A DNA stretch of 64,000 nt from an uncultured Chryseobacterium sp. (GCA_964588705.1 CAZPQV010000003.1:12926-76925), one strand, 5' to 3'. Shown: positions 29,066 through 38,630, numbered from the stretch's first letter. Numbers and translations are program-made. The notes: a model not told the origin generated them from the sequence alone.

Positions 29066-31207
29066 TTAATCCTTCAGATACAAATCAAAATAATCCGTCA
29101 CTTTCTGCATCAGATGAACACGGTCTTTTCCAAGAACGTTGTGCGCATGTCCCGGATAAATAAAATAATCCATCTGAACACCGTTATCCACCGCTGCTTT
29201 CAAAAACTTCACCGAATGCTGCCAAACCACCACATCGTCCTGCGCTCCGTGAATGATTAAAAGTTTACCTTTCAGATTCTGAGTTTTATCCAAAAGACTC
29301 GTGCGCTTAAATCCTTCAGGATTGGTTTGCGGCGAATCCATATACCTTTCGGTATACATTATTTCATACATATTCCAGTCGATTACAGGGCCTCCGGCAA
29401 CACCAACTTTGAAAACGTCGGGATGTTTCAGCATCAGACTTGTGGTCATAAATCCACCGTAACTCCAACCGTGAACGCCCATCTTTGCGGCATCAACAAA
29501 AGGAAGTGATTTTAAATATTCTACACCTTTCAATTGGTCGTTCATTTCAACCGTTCCCATATCTCTGAAAACCGCCTGCTCAAACTTCAAACCGCGGTTG
29601 CTTGAACCTCGCCCATCCATTGAGAACACCACATATCCGTTCTGCGCAAGATATTCATACCAAAGATTTCCGGAAGCCGGGAACCCGTTGGTAATCAGCT
29701 GTAAATGCGGCCCATTATACAAATAAACAATTACCGGATACTTCTTAGAAGCATCAAAATCTGTTGGTAAAATCAGTTTTCCATAAAGTGGTGTACCGTC
29801 GTCTGCTTTCAGAGTAATATTCTGTATTTCAGGACGCTCGTAATTTTTAAGAGTATTTGCTGCTTCATGAATCTTCACTGTTTTCAGCGAATGTGTATTA
29901 ATAAGATTCACCACTCTTGGCGTCGTTGCATTGCTGTAAGAATCGTAAAGCCAGTTTCCGTCTTTGCTCAAAGTTCCGCTGTGCATTCCGGCAGTATTGT
30001 CCAAACGCTGCATTTTAAAATTGTTCCAGTTTACACGGTAAAGATGTCTTTCAAGTGGTGTTTCTTTCGTTGAAGAAAAATAAATTTCTTTTCTTTTTTC
30101 ATTAAAACCGATAAAATCAGTTACCAGCCAATCCCCTTTCGTCAGTTGAGAAATCAATCCTTTTTCAAGATTATAATGGAACAGATGATTATATCCCGTT
30201 CTCTGACTTTGCCAGATAAAATCGGTATTTGAATTCGGGAAGAATATTAACGGATGCTGAGGCTCAACATATTTATCGTGTTTCTCTTCAAAAAGCGTTT
30301 TTAAATATTGTCCTGAAACCGCATCATACTGATTCATTTTCATATGATTCTGGTCGCGGTTAAGCACACCCACAAAAATATATTTAGAATCCGGACTCCA
30401 GGTTACGGCAGTTAAATACTGCTCTTTATCGCCTTCAATATTTAAGAATTTCGTAGAATTCGATTTCACGTCGAAAACACCAAGCGTTACTTCGTGAGAT
30501 TTACTTCCTGCCATCGGATATTTCACATTGGTATTTTTGGCAGGCGTTACCGACCAGTCGATGACCGGATAATCCGAAACCATCGTTTGATCCATTCTGT
30601 AAAATGCTACTTTTTCCTTATTTGGTGCAATGAAAGTTCCTCCATCAATGCCAAATTCATTTCTATGAACCGACTGTCCGTTAACGATATTTTCATCAGC
30701 GTCATTGGTTATCTGCAAGGTTTTCGCAGCATCTTTATAGTAAAGATTGTTTTTAATGGTGTAAACCAACGCATTTTTTGAAGTGTTGAAATTGATGTTT
30801 TCCGCATCTTCAGGAACTTCAAGCCATTTCTTCACATTCCAGTCGGTCTTACCTTTTTCAAGTTTATAATAAGTATTTCCTTCTTTAAACCAGGCTGATT
30901 TACTATTAAGAAAAGTAACCTGCGGAACTCTTTTCAGCTTATTTTCTGCTGATAAATTTTTATTGATTTGATAAAGAGAAACCAGCGTATCAGCTTTTAG
31001 TGAATGGATATCAGTGGCCAGATAACCGTTCTTCACGGCCTGAACGTAGGTTTTACCATCATCTGAAAAAGAGAATTGAGAAATGTTTTTTACGGCAAGA
31101 TTACTGCGAAGTCCGTTAACGGCTTCGGCCATCGTAAATTTCTGTTTCTGAGCAATTAAAAGATTCCCAACTAAAAGGAATAAAAGAGAAAAACGAAATA
31201 TTTTCAT
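29066..31207 (-). CDS. S9B dipeptidyl-peptidase IV family serine peptidase
   Basis: 713 aa. Signal peptide, beta-propeller region, catalytic GWSYGG, then D and H (PGHAHN) in the C-terminal hydrolase fold. Confidence 0.88.
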   Translation of the reverse strand: MKIFRFSLLFLLVGNLLIAQKQKFTMAEAVNGLRSNLAVKNISQFSFSDDGKTYVQAVKNGYLATDIHSLKADTLVSLYQINKNLSAENKLKRVPQVTFLNSKSAWFKEGNTYYKLEKGKTDWNVKKWLEVPEDAENINFNTSKNALVYTIKNNLYYKDAAKTLQITNDADENIVNGQSVHRNEFGIDGGTFIAPNKEKVAFYRMDQTMVSDYPVIDWSVTPAKNTNVKYPMAGSKSHEVTLGVFDVKSNSTKFLNIEGDKEQYLTAVTWSPDSKYIFVGVLNRDQNHMKMNQYDAVSGQYLKTLFEEKHDKYVEPQHPLIFFPNSNTDFIWQSQRTGYNHLFHYNLEKGLISQLTKGDWLVTDFIGFNEKRKEIYFSSTKETPLERHLYRVNWNNFKMQRLDNTAGMHSGTLSKDGNWLYDSYSNATTPRVVNLINTHSLKTVKIHEAANTLKNYERPEIQNITLKADDGTPLYGKLILPTDFDASKKYPVIVYLYNGPHLQLITNGFPASGNLWYEYLAQNGYVVFSMDGRGSSNRGLKFEQAVFRDMGTVEMNDQLKGVEYLKSLPFVDAAKMGVHGWSYGGFMTTSLMLKHPDVFKVGVAGGPVIDWNMYEIMYTERYMDSPQTNPEGFKRTSLLDKTQNLKGKLLIIHGAQDDVVVWQHSVKFLKAAVDNGVQMDYFIYPGHAHNVLGKDRVHLMQKVTDYFDLYLKD

Positions 31208-31269
31208 TGGTAGGTTTTGAGGTTACCAAATTTAGAAAAATAATTCGAATGTTAAGATATGTTAATATT

Positions 31270-31980
31270 TTATTTGATGCTGCTGAGTGTGTGCTGGTTA
31301 TAAATCGCATTGAAGACATTAAAATCAGCATTCTTTTTTCCCCATTTATACTGATGCGTCCAATACGCAGCTTTCATTGTGAGAATTCCCAAACCTGCGC
31401 CGAAAACAACATCGCTCCAGTAATGTTTATTGTGAGAAAAACGCAATGCACCAACTCCGGCTGCAATTCCGTAAGCGGCGTAAGGTACCCATTTATAGCG
31501 CTCGCCGTATTCAATCGTGAGGAAAGTTGCACCGGCAAAAGCGTTGGCAGTATGTCCTGAAGGAAAACCAAATTCGTTACTTCCGTCCGGTCTTGGCTGC
31601 TTAAAAATATATTTCAAACCGGTAACCGCCACAAAAGTGATAATTTCTCCTTTCGCGAGAATGGCGCTTCGGTTCCAGAAATCGGTTCGCGGTTTCATCC
31701 CACCAAGTTCAAAGGCGTAGGCTGCAGCGTGCGGTGCAAACTGTGCATAATCTTCAAAATATCCTCCGAACGCCAGAAAATCTTTATTGGTATCTACAGG
31801 AACATCTCTTTTTTCGGTTAAGAGAATTCCGGTTCCGGCTGCCATTAAAGTTGCGGGAATAATTAACTGCTTTGCCTGAAAACGGTAAGGTTCGTTTTGG
31901 ATGTAAACCGAGTCTTTTTGCTGTCCTTTAACCAAAATAATGGAAACAAAAAGAAATATGATGAAATGAAACTTTTGCAT
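31270..31980 (-). CDS. PAP2 family phosphatase
   Basis: KYIFKQPRPDG, PSGHT and SHNKHYWSDV correspond to the three PAP2 motifs. Confidence 0.85.
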   Translation of the reverse strand: MQKFHFIIFLFVSIILVKGQQKDSVYIQNEPYRFQAKQLIIPATLMAAGTGILLTEKRDVPVDTNKDFLAFGGYFEDYAQFAPHAAAYAFELGGMKPRTDFWNRSAILAKGEIITFVAVTGLKYIFKQPRPDGSNEFGFPSGHTANAFAGATFLTIEYGERYKWVPYAAYGIAAGVGALRFSHNKHYWSDVVFGAGLGILTMKAAYWTHQYKWGKKNADFNVFNAIYNQHTLSSIK

Positions 31981-32092
31981 TTTAAGAAAAATTGTATTGG
32001 AAGATTATTGAGCCTTCGAAAGCCTCAGGCTGATATCTTTAATTCAGCAGTAACACATTTAGAAGACTAATGCTAATTAAAATATCATAAAT

Positions 32093-32125
32093 AAATGCAC
32101 TAATTTATTCGTGAATTCGTGGCAA
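32093..32125 (-). repeat. CACGAAT element, copy lacking the distal arm
   Basis: Minus-strand reading TTGCCACGAATTCACGAATAAATTAGTGCATTT, 4 nt after the ABC-F stop codon. Confidence 0.75.
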
Positions 32126-32129
32126 AATT

Positions 32130-34076
32130 TTACTCAATCTGCATTGCAATTTCTTCCCAAGTCTGCATCGTTTCCTCAAGTTCTTTTTTCAGCTGTTCAT
32201 ACTTAGCAAGTTCGGCTTCACTTGGATTGGTTTTACTAAAAATCTCTTCCAAGCTTTTAATTTCCTTCTCGTAATCCGCAATTTTTTCTTCGGTTTTCTT
32301 CAATTTATTCTGAAGCTGCTTCTGCTCTTTCGTAATGAAAGTATTTGTCTCAGTTTGTTTCGGTTTGGTATCATTGGATGACGTTTGAACTTCCGTCGTT
32401 TTCACATCAGAATCCGACTTTTTCTCGTCCAGTTTTGCTTTCTCCATCGAAATTTCCCGGATGCTTTCTTTCTGTCGGTATTCCAGATACTCATCGATGT
32501 TTCCAAGGAATTCTTTCATTTTACCGTCGCGGAATTCGAAAATTTTATCGGCTAATCCCTGCAAAAATTCACGGTCGTGAGAGATGACGATTAACGTTCC
32601 TTCAAACTTATTAAGTGCCAGTTTTATAATTTCTTTCGACTGAATATCCAGGTGGTTTGTAGGTTCGTCCATAATCAGGGTATTGAACGGGCGCAACAAT
32701 AATTTACACATAGCCAAACGGTTACGCTCTCCTCCCGAAAGCACCTGAGTTTTCTTCTGCACATCATCGCCAGAAAACAAAAAGCTTCCCAAAAGATCAC
32801 GAACTCTTGAGCGCGTTTCTTCCGTGGCCGCATCTTCGGCTTCCTGAAGAACAGTTTTTCCCGGCGTAAGAACCTCTTCCTGATTCTGCGCAAAGTATCC
32901 AATATTTACATTGTGACCAAGATTCCAACTTCCGGAGTAATCTTTAATCTGCCCTGTAAGAATTTTTGCTAAAGTGGTTTTTCCTTGCCCGTTTTGCCCG
33001 AGAAGTGCAATTCTGTCGCCACGTTCCACAAAGAAATCTACATGATCAAAAACCTGTTTTTCGCCATATGCTTTACCAAGATTTTCTGCTTCAAAAATCA
33101 CTTTTCCGGGAACTACCGACTGCACGAAACGGATATTGAATTTGGAAACATCTTCGTTATCAATTTCAATCCTCTCGATTTTTTCCAGTTTTTTGATAAG
33201 TGACTGAGCGAAAGACGCCTTGGTTGCAGAAGCTCGGAACCGGTTGATATTATCTTCCATCTGCTTAATCTCCACATCCTGATTCTTTTTTGCCTGTTCC
33301 AGTTTCTCCCTGCGTTCTTTTCTCAGCTCAAGATATTTGGTATAATTGGCTTTGTAATCGTCTACTTTCTTGTTGTTTACGTCAAAAGTTCTGTTGCACA
33401 CCGAGGTCATAAACTGCTTGTCGTGCGAAACCAAAACAATCGCGCCGTTATAATCCTTCAGAAAATTTTCAAGCCAGATGATACTTTCCATATCCAAATG
33501 GTTCGTAGGCTCATCGAGAAGGAGTAAATCATTATTCTGAAGGAGCAGTTTTGCAAGTTCAATTCTCATGCGCCAACCGCCGGAAAATGTATCGGTGATT
33601 CTTTCAAAATCGGCGGCTTTAAATCCTAAACCAAGAAGTACTTTCTCCATATCACCTTCGAGATTATATGCATCGTGATGATGAAGAATATCGTTCAGAT
33701 CCGTCATTCGATGAATCAGATTATGGTAGTCGTCGCTTTCATAATCGGTTCTTGTAGCCAACTGATGATTAACTTCATCAAGCTCATTTTTCCAGGCATT
33801 AATCTGTTCAAATGCTTGCTTTGTTTCTTCCCAAACGGTTCTCCCTTTTACAAATTCCAAATCCTGCTTCAGAAAACCAATGGTAATATTTCCTTCAGGC
33901 ACCACATTTCCTTCATAGAAATTAATCTCCCCTGAAAGAATTTTTAACAGCGTTGATTTTCCGGCTCCGTTCTTGCCAACCAAACCGATTTTATCATCTT
34001 TTTTGATGGTAAAATTGACATCTCTGAACAAATAATTTCCGGCATGATGAAGACCAAGTCCCTGAACTGATAACAT
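32130..34076 (-). CDS. ABC-F family ATPase (translation/ribosome-associated type)
   Basis: 648 aa, no TM segments. Two NBDs (GKNGAGKST/LSGGWRMR/LLLLDEPTNHLD and GQNGQGKTT/LSGGERNR/LIMDEPTNHLD) and a charged coiled C-terminal extension. Confidence 0.92.
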   Translation of the reverse strand: MLSVQGLGLHHAGNYLFRDVNFTIKKDDKIGLVGKNGAGKSTLLKILSGEINFYEGNVVPEGNITIGFLKQDLEFVKGRTVWEETKQAFEQINAWKNELDEVNHQLATRTDYESDDYHNLIHRMTDLNDILHHHDAYNLEGDMEKVLLGLGFKAADFERITDTFSGGWRMRIELAKLLLQNNDLLLLDEPTNHLDMESIIWLENFLKDYNGAIVLVSHDKQFMTSVCNRTFDVNNKKVDDYKANYTKYLELRKERREKLEQAKKNQDVEIKQMEDNINRFRASATKASFAQSLIKKLEKIERIEIDNEDVSKFNIRFVQSVVPGKVIFEAENLGKAYGEKQVFDHVDFFVERGDRIALLGQNGQGKTTLAKILTGQIKDYSGSWNLGHNVNIGYFAQNQEEVLTPGKTVLQEAEDAATEETRSRVRDLLGSFLFSGDDVQKKTQVLSGGERNRLAMCKLLLRPFNTLIMDEPTNHLDIQSKEIIKLALNKFEGTLIVISHDREFLQGLADKIFEFRDGKMKEFLGNIDEYLEYRQKESIREISMEKAKLDEKKSDSDVKTTEVQTSSNDTKPKQTETNTFITKEQKQLQNKLKKTEEKIADYEKEIKSLEEIFSKTNPSEAELAKYEQLKKELEETMQTWEEIAMQIE

Positions 34077-34112
34077 AAAGAATGACTATAGATTGTGAAT
34101 AATTTTCGGGTG

Positions 34113-34120
34113 CAAAAGTA
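34113..34120 (-). promoter_or_regulatory. -7 box TACTTTTG
   Basis: 36 nt upstream of the ABC-F ATG. Confidence 0.45.
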
Positions 34121-34236
34121 CGGATTTTGAAATTGATGGCTGAAGATTTATTGACACGGAGATCCGAATGGTTTTGCTCTCGAAGATCGAGCGAATTTAG
34201 CAGATTCTTGTGCTTTTCCAAGCTATACTGAACTTG

Positions 34237-34276
34237 TCAAACGAAATCAAACAATTTCAAACCACTTCAAACAATT
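34237..34276. repeat. 10-bp phased array TCAAACNNNN x4
   Basis: TCAAAC begins at 34237, 34247, 34257 and 34267, with exact 10-bp spacing. Confidence 0.75.
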
Positions 34277-34292
34277 CCCATTTTACGGTCAC

Positions 34293-34327
34293 AAATGCAG
34301 CAATCCTTATTCGTGAATTCGTGGCAA
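34293..34327 (-). repeat. CACGAAT element, copy lacking the distal arm
   Basis: Minus-strand reading TTGCCACGAATTCACGAATAAGGATTGCTGCATTT, 30 nt after the DUF4230-like stop. Near-identical to the 32093-32125 copy. Confidence 0.75.
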
Positions 34328-34357
34328 CAAGAAAAAGGTAATGCAGAACGGAAAAAT

Positions 34358-35101
34358 TTATGCCGAAGCATTCCCATTAAAACTCCCCGGCTTCATCTCA
34401 AGCTGTTTCTGCGAATCAGAAATCACAGAAGGGTTTTCGAGTAAAAAGTTCTTAGAATTCAACAGTTCCGTCATCAAAGTTCTCATCTGTTCTGCAGCAA
34501 CTTCCGGTAGATGCGACTGTTTTGCAGCCTCAATCACCTGTTGTTTACTGTTTTGCTGAATTTTAGCCAAATCTTCTTTACTGAAAAGATTGAACAGCTG
34601 CTCCTCGATATTGTAGTATTTATAATCGGTTTCGGTTGAAAGAATTTCCGGCGCCGGAAATTCAGTCAGTTTCACTTTACGGTTAACTTCGTCGATCTCC
34701 CATTTCAGTTTTTCAAAATCATAACCTACCAAAACTTTAGCCTGAACTATAACCAATGCTTTCTTTTTCTGTGGAATAAACTTCCACAATTTCGAACTTT
34801 CTTCGTAATTATAAATTTCCTGAAAATGACCTTCCGCAGAAACTATTTTAAAAACTTTCCGCATACTTTCCGCAATCGTGTGCGAACTTTCTCGCACTAC
34901 AGGCGGTTCCGCTTTCAGCTTGCCTGATGCCAAAAAAGCAATTGTTCCGCCAAGAAGCAATCCCAGTATCAGCATTACCAAAATCATCATTCCGCTTCCC
35001 ATTGCATTGGGCTGCATGAGTTGGTAAACGAAAAATCCGAGAATTAAAACACCGAGAATGCCGAGAGACCAAAGAACAATTTTAATTTTTTTTGAGGTCA
35101 T
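34358..35101 (-). CDS. DUF4230-like membrane-anchored protein (tentative)
   Basis: 247 aa. Two N-terminal TM segments, then AKVLVGYDFEKLKWEIDEVNRKVKLTEFPAPEIL, typical of DUF4230 as I recall it. Confidence 0.55.
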   Translation of the reverse strand: MTSKKIKIVLWSLGILGVLILGFFVYQLMQPNAMGSGMMILVMLILGLLLGGTIAFLASGKLKAEPPVVRESSHTIAESMRKVFKIVSAEGHFQEIYNYEESSKLWKFIPQKKKALVIVQAKVLVGYDFEKLKWEIDEVNRKVKLTEFPAPEILSTETDYKYYNIEEQLFNLFSKEDLAKIQQNSKQQVIEAAKQSHLPEVAAEQMRTLMTELLNSKNFLLENPSVISDSQKQLEMKPGSFNGNASA

Positions 35102-35224
35102 TTTTTAATATTTAAGCAAATTTACTGAAATATAAATTCTTGCAAACAATTCAACAAATAGTATGCAAAATTCGGTATAATCTAAAATTAACCAAGAAAA
35201 TTATCTTAATATTAAATATTCTGC

Positions 35225-35232
35225 TAAATTTG
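35225..35232 (+). promoter_or_regulatory. -7 box TAAATTTG
   Basis: 23 nt upstream of the aqpZ ATG. Confidence 0.5.
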
Positions 35233-35255
35233 AATAACTAAAAAACATTTAAACT

Positions 35256-35972
35256 ATGGTAAAAAAATTAGCAGCCGAGTTTTTCGGCACGTTTTGGTTG
35301 GTATTTGGAGGTTGTGGTGCTGCTGTTTTTGCAGCAGGTGTTCCTTATATCGGAATCGGACTGTTAGGTGTTGCACTGGCTTTTGGTCTTACGGTGGTAA
35401 CGATGGCTTATGCCGTTGGTCACATTTCTGGAGGACATTTCAATCCGGCGGTTACGTTCGGGTTATTGGCAGGCGGACGATTTTCTGCAAAAGAACTACT
35501 TCCTTACATTGTGGCACAGGTTGTTGGCGCAACTGCGGCAGCTGCCTGTCTGTACATCATCCTGAATGGCGCTGGAGCATTTTCTGCTGAAGGTCCCGGT
35601 GCATTTGCTACCAACTTCTACGAAATGCCGGGCTATTACGACCGAAGCTACTCTATGATGGCAGCATTCCTGGCCGAATTTCTGCTTACAGCTTTCTTCC
35701 TGATCATCATTATGGGAGCTACTGATAAGTGGGCGAACGGAAAATTTGCCGGGCTTGCAATCGGTTTGGCACTTACTCTGATTCACCTGATTTCTATCCC
35801 AATCACCAACACTTCTGTAAATCCTGCGAGATCAACTTCACAGGCGCTGTTTGTAGGTGGTGCGGCGCTGTCGCAGTTGTGGCTGTTTTGGGTTGCCCCT
35901 ATTTTAGGTGGTATTGCAGGCGGTATTATTTACAAATATCTGATGCAGAGAACCGATGCCGAAGTAGCATAA
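35256..35972 (+). CDS. aqpZ: aquaporin Z
   Basis: 238 aa with two NPA boxes (HFNPAVT and VNPARS). Confidence 0.93.
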   Translation: MVKKLAAEFFGTFWLVFGGCGAAVFAAGVPYIGIGLLGVALAFGLTVVTMAYAVGHISGGHFNPAVTFGLLAGGRFSAKELLPYIVAQVVGATAAAACLYIILNGAGAFSAEGPGAFATNFYEMPGYYDRSYSMMAAFLAEFLLTAFFLIIIMGATDKWANGKFAGLAIGLALTLIHLISIPITNTSVNPARSTSQALFVGGAALSQLWLFWVAPILGGIAGGIIYKYLMQRTDAEVA

Positions 35973-35994
35973 ACAATTAGAAAATAATCAAAAG

Positions 35995-36021
35995 ATTCCT
36001 CGATTCGCTCGGGGAATTTTT
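35995..36021 (+). terminator. intrinsic terminator of aqpZ
   Basis: 9-bp stem ATTCCTCGA/TCGGGGAAT (one G-U pair), loop TTCGC, T-run. Confidence 0.7.
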
Positions 36022-36025
36022 ATTT

Positions 36026-36145
36026 GGGCGTATCCCTCTCCCACGCTTTTGCAGCACCTTGGGTCGCGCTTTCCGTTCATACTCCTCACGCAGCGGCAAA
36101 CACAACTTTTGTTGCGGGGTAACCACTGCAATCGCTTACGCAGCG
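36026..36145 (+). repeat. GCTTTCCG...CTGCAATC element, copy A
   Basis: 36068-36085 GCTTTCCGTTCATACTCC and 36116-36135 GGGGTAACCACTGCAATCGC flank a variable centre. Both arms resemble the reverse complement of copy B. Confidence 0.6.
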
Positions 36146-37210
36146 TTACGTCACCAAAAGACTGCAACCACGAATATCAGAATGATCAATCCTTCCCAAG
36201 ACCTGAAACTTTGGCGGAAAAGTCCCATAGTCATTCCGAGCATCGCAAGGAACCTCAAAATCGGTCACCATTTTGCCCAAATCCTGCGTCGCAATAAACG
36301 CGCAAGAATGCCGGTTTGCCAAATCAATGATATTTATCGCGCCGGTTCTTCCATTTTCGACATATGAAAAGGGATCTTCCGTATTTCGAATCAAAATATG
36401 CATCCAGTTTGGAGTTTCATATATATTATCACCCAAAGAATACGCCTGGGAAAGCAGTTCCGTCATCGAATACTCTGAGAAAATCCTTTCTGTTCCGAAA
36501 CCATTCTTTAGAATTCTCAACAGTTCATCTTTTGTCATTTCTTCCTTTCTTCCTTTCATGCCGCCAGTCTCTATTATTGTAAGGGATTGAGTGGAAGAGT
36601 GGTTTAGTGGTGCAGGAAATGAGTCGAGGAAATCTAACAATGCGAAAGAAACCCCAAATAGAATGACTTTCTTATCTTCTGTCACGCTGAGGCTCTCGAA
36701 GCGTTTCAATAATTCAAAAAGTTCAGAATGATTATAAAGGAAATATCCGTTCTCCGGTTTACCCGATTTTTTCATCAGAAAATCAACCATATAAATCAGC
36801 GAAGAATGCGGATTTTCGGAATAATTGGGCAACAATCCAAGGAAAATAAAATCTTCCGGCTGTCCAATAAATTGTTCGAAACTTCTATAAATACTCTCTT
36901 CGTAAAGCGAAAAATCTGCAATATAATGTTTGGATCGGTTCAGCATTTGTGTTGTTCCGGAACTTTGGAAATACCGAACATTGTCATTGTGAGCGAAGTC
37001 GAACCGCTTGTCTAAAACCTGATGATTTTTAAACATTTCAATCGGCAGAAAAGGAATTTTCGCAACCTCATTCACTTCCTCAGGATCGATGTTTAAGTAA
37101 TCTACAAACTTTCTGTAAACCTCGACATTTTCATACTGATGACGGAATGTTTCCAAGCAGGCAGCCTGGAAATCAGATTCTGTTTTTATATTGAAAATAT
37201 CCGGTTTCAC
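36146..37210 (-). CDS. LuxE/PaaK-type acyl-protein synthetase (adenylate-forming) family protein
   Basis: 354 aa with GTG start. FQSSGTT (AMP-binding P-loop-like), IIETGGMKGR and C-terminal LGRIDHSDIRGCSL resemble Bacteroidota LuxE-like proteins. Confidence 0.65.
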   Translation of the reverse strand: MKPDIFNIKTESDFQAACLETFRHQYENVEVYRKFVDYLNIDPEEVNEVAKIPFLPIEMFKNHQVLDKRFDFAHNDNVRYFQSSGTTQMLNRSKHYIADFSLYEESIYRSFEQFIGQPEDFIFLGLLPNYSENPHSSLIYMVDFLMKKSGKPENGYFLYNHSELFELLKRFESLSVTEDKKVILFGVSFALLDFLDSFPAPLNHSSTQSLTIIETGGMKGRKEEMTKDELLRILKNGFGTERIFSEYSMTELLSQAYSLGDNIYETPNWMHILIRNTEDPFSYVENGRTGAINIIDLANRHSCAFIATQDLGKMVTDFEVPCDARNDYGTFPPKFQVLGRIDHSDIRGCSLLVT

Positions 37211-37306
37211 GGTGTTTCTCAGAGTTTTAACCAGAGTTTCTTTGAGTTCGAAGTAACAATTGCGCCTGCCACTCTGTGAGAACTCTTTTTACTCAGTGAA
37301 ATTATT

Positions 37307-38077
37307 TTATTTATAGGTTTTCAGTTCAAATTCCGTTTGAAATACACCATACGTAAAATAAGAAATCCAGTCGCCAAGGTTAATATATTTTGCAGAATTT
37401 TCTCCCGATTTCAAATCCAAAACCATAGGCAAATGGCGGTGACCGTAAATGAAATAATCAATTTTCTCATTTTTCAGTTTTTCTTTAGAGTAAATAATGA
37501 GAAACTCTTTGTCTTCACCCAAAAATTCTTTATCCTCTTCTCCGGAAATCATTTTATTCTTCAGAGAAAAGTAGAAAGCAATTTTCATCGCAATATCCGG
37601 ATGCAACCATTTGAAGGCCCATTGTGCCAACGGATTGGTAAAGAGTTTTTTCATTCTCTTATAACCTTTGTCGCCCGGACCAAGTCCATCGCCGTGAGCC
37701 AGTAAAAACTGTTTGCCGTTGATTTCAAAAAACTGCTTTTCAAAGAAAACAGTGGCTCCGATTTCTTTTTCAAAATAATCTTTCATCCACAAATCGTGAT
37801 TTCCGATGAAGAAATAAATCTCAATTCCCGAGTCTTTTATTTCTGCCAGTTTTCCCAAAACCCTTACAAATCCTTTCGGAACCACATGATTCCACTCGTG
37901 CCAGAAATCGAACAAATCACCCATCAGAAACAGCACCTGCGCATCCTGCTTTATTTCATCGAGCCAACGGATGAATTTAGCCTCGCGCTCCTTACTTGCA
38001 GCAGGATTCGGCGCACCAAAATGCTGGTCCGATGCAAAGTAGATCTTCTTGTTGGGTTGTAAATTTATCTGTTTCAA
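37307..38077 (-). CDS. lpxH: UDP-2,3-diacylglucosamine diphosphatase
   Basis: KKIYFASDQHFG, GDLFDFW, GNHD, GHRH metallophosphatase motifs. The only in-frame start is a TTG inside the first GTTTCAA repeat unit, so the exact start is uncertain. Confidence 0.85.
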   Translation of the reverse strand: MKQINLQPNKKIYFASDQHFGAPNPAASKEREAKFIRWLDEIKQDAQVLFLMGDLFDFWHEWNHVVPKGFVRVLGKLAEIKDSGIEIYFFIGNHDLWMKDYFEKEIGATVFFEKQFFEINGKQFLLAHGDGLGPGDKGYKRMKKLFTNPLAQWAFKWLHPDIAMKIAFYFSLKNKMISGEEDKEFLGEDKEFLIIYSKEKLKNEKIDYFIYGHRHLPMVLDLKSGENSAKYINLGDWISYFTYGVFQTEFELKTYK

Positions 38078-38098
38078 GTTTCAGGTTTCTAGTTTCAT
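38071..38098. repeat. phased heptamer array, GTTTCNN class
   Basis: GTTTCAA GTTTCAG GTTTCTA GTTTCAT. The first unit contains the putative TTG start of lpxH (minus strand). Confidence 0.85.
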
Positions 38099-38153
38099 CC
38101 GAATTTTCGGAATAGAGGTTTCAAATTTCATATTGCTTGTTTCTTCGTGCTGC

Positions 38154-38174
38154 GAGCTTCAAACTTCGAGCTTT
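38154..38174. repeat. phased heptamer array, CTTC on plus strand
   Basis: GAGCTTC AAACTTC GAGCTTT, ending at the queD stop codon. Confidence 0.75.
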
Positions 38175-38618
38175 CTAATTTTCTTCGGCAAACCATTCAC
38201 CGTAAGAGTTCTCGGTTTCATGAAGTTTCAGATAAGCCAACTGAACATGATCTGGCAGCCTCTTTTTAATCTTTTCAGCAATGTCGTAAAGCATATTTTC
38301 GCAGGTCGGTTGGTAATTACAGTAAATTACTTTATGACCTTGATTTTCCAGGTTTTCACCCAAATCTTTATGTGGAGACAGTGCATTAATTAATACTGCG
38401 TGATCCCAAACACCCATAATTTCTTCTTTTACAATCGTCTTGATATCCCCAAAATCCACCACCATTCCGTTTTTCGGATGGTCTAAATCATTGATGGGCG
38501 TTCCTTTCACCGTTACAAAAAGTTTATAGGAATGTCCGTGCATATTTTTGCATTTCCCGTCGTAATTGTAAAGAACGTGGGCGGTTTCGAAAGTGAAAAT
38601 TTTGGTGATGCGTATCAT
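38175..38618 (-). CDS. queD: 6-carboxy-5,6,7,8-tetrahydropterin synthase
   Basis: ATG at 38618 gives MIRITKIFTFETAHVL. CKNMHGHSYK zinc/catalytic motif. Confidence 0.88.
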   Translation of the reverse strand: MIRITKIFTFETAHVLYNYDGKCKNMHGHSYKLFVTVKGTPINDLDHPKNGMVVDFGDIKTIVKEEIMGVWDHAVLINALSPHKDLGENLENQGHKVIYCNYQPTCENMLYDIAEKIKKRLPDHVQLAYLKLHETENSYGEWFAEEN

Positions 38619-38622
38619 TTTG

Positions 38623-38630
38623 CAAAGATA
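38623..38630 (-). promoter_or_regulatory. -7 box TATCTTTG within the 12-mer ATTATCTTTGCA
   Basis: Only 4 nt upstream of the queD ATG, implying a leaderless or near-leaderless mRNA. Confidence 0.4.

Noticed and set aside
31981-32092. Possible weak array or hairpins (TTGGAAG..., AGCC-TCA-GGCT) upstream of the PAP2 gene
   Set aside because: The periodicity is not convincing and the stems are only 4-5 bp.
35294-35980. Several ORFs inside aqpZ (35294-35590 plus, 35496-35786 minus, 35729-35980 plus)
   Set aside because: They are alternative or antisense frames of a locally GC-richer, clearly identified aquaporin gene.
36049-36367. ORFs 36049-36297 and 36059-36367 on the plus strand
   Set aside because: They begin in the repeat element (copy A) and run antisense into the LuxE-like gene. 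It is a typical spurious translation of a repeat.
37211-37306. Another heptamer array in the lpxH/LuxE-like spacer
   Set aside because: It contains CAGAGTTT twice at 12-bp spacing plus a CTCTGTG word related to the CACAG class. I could not place it in a clean 7-nt phase, so it is not called.
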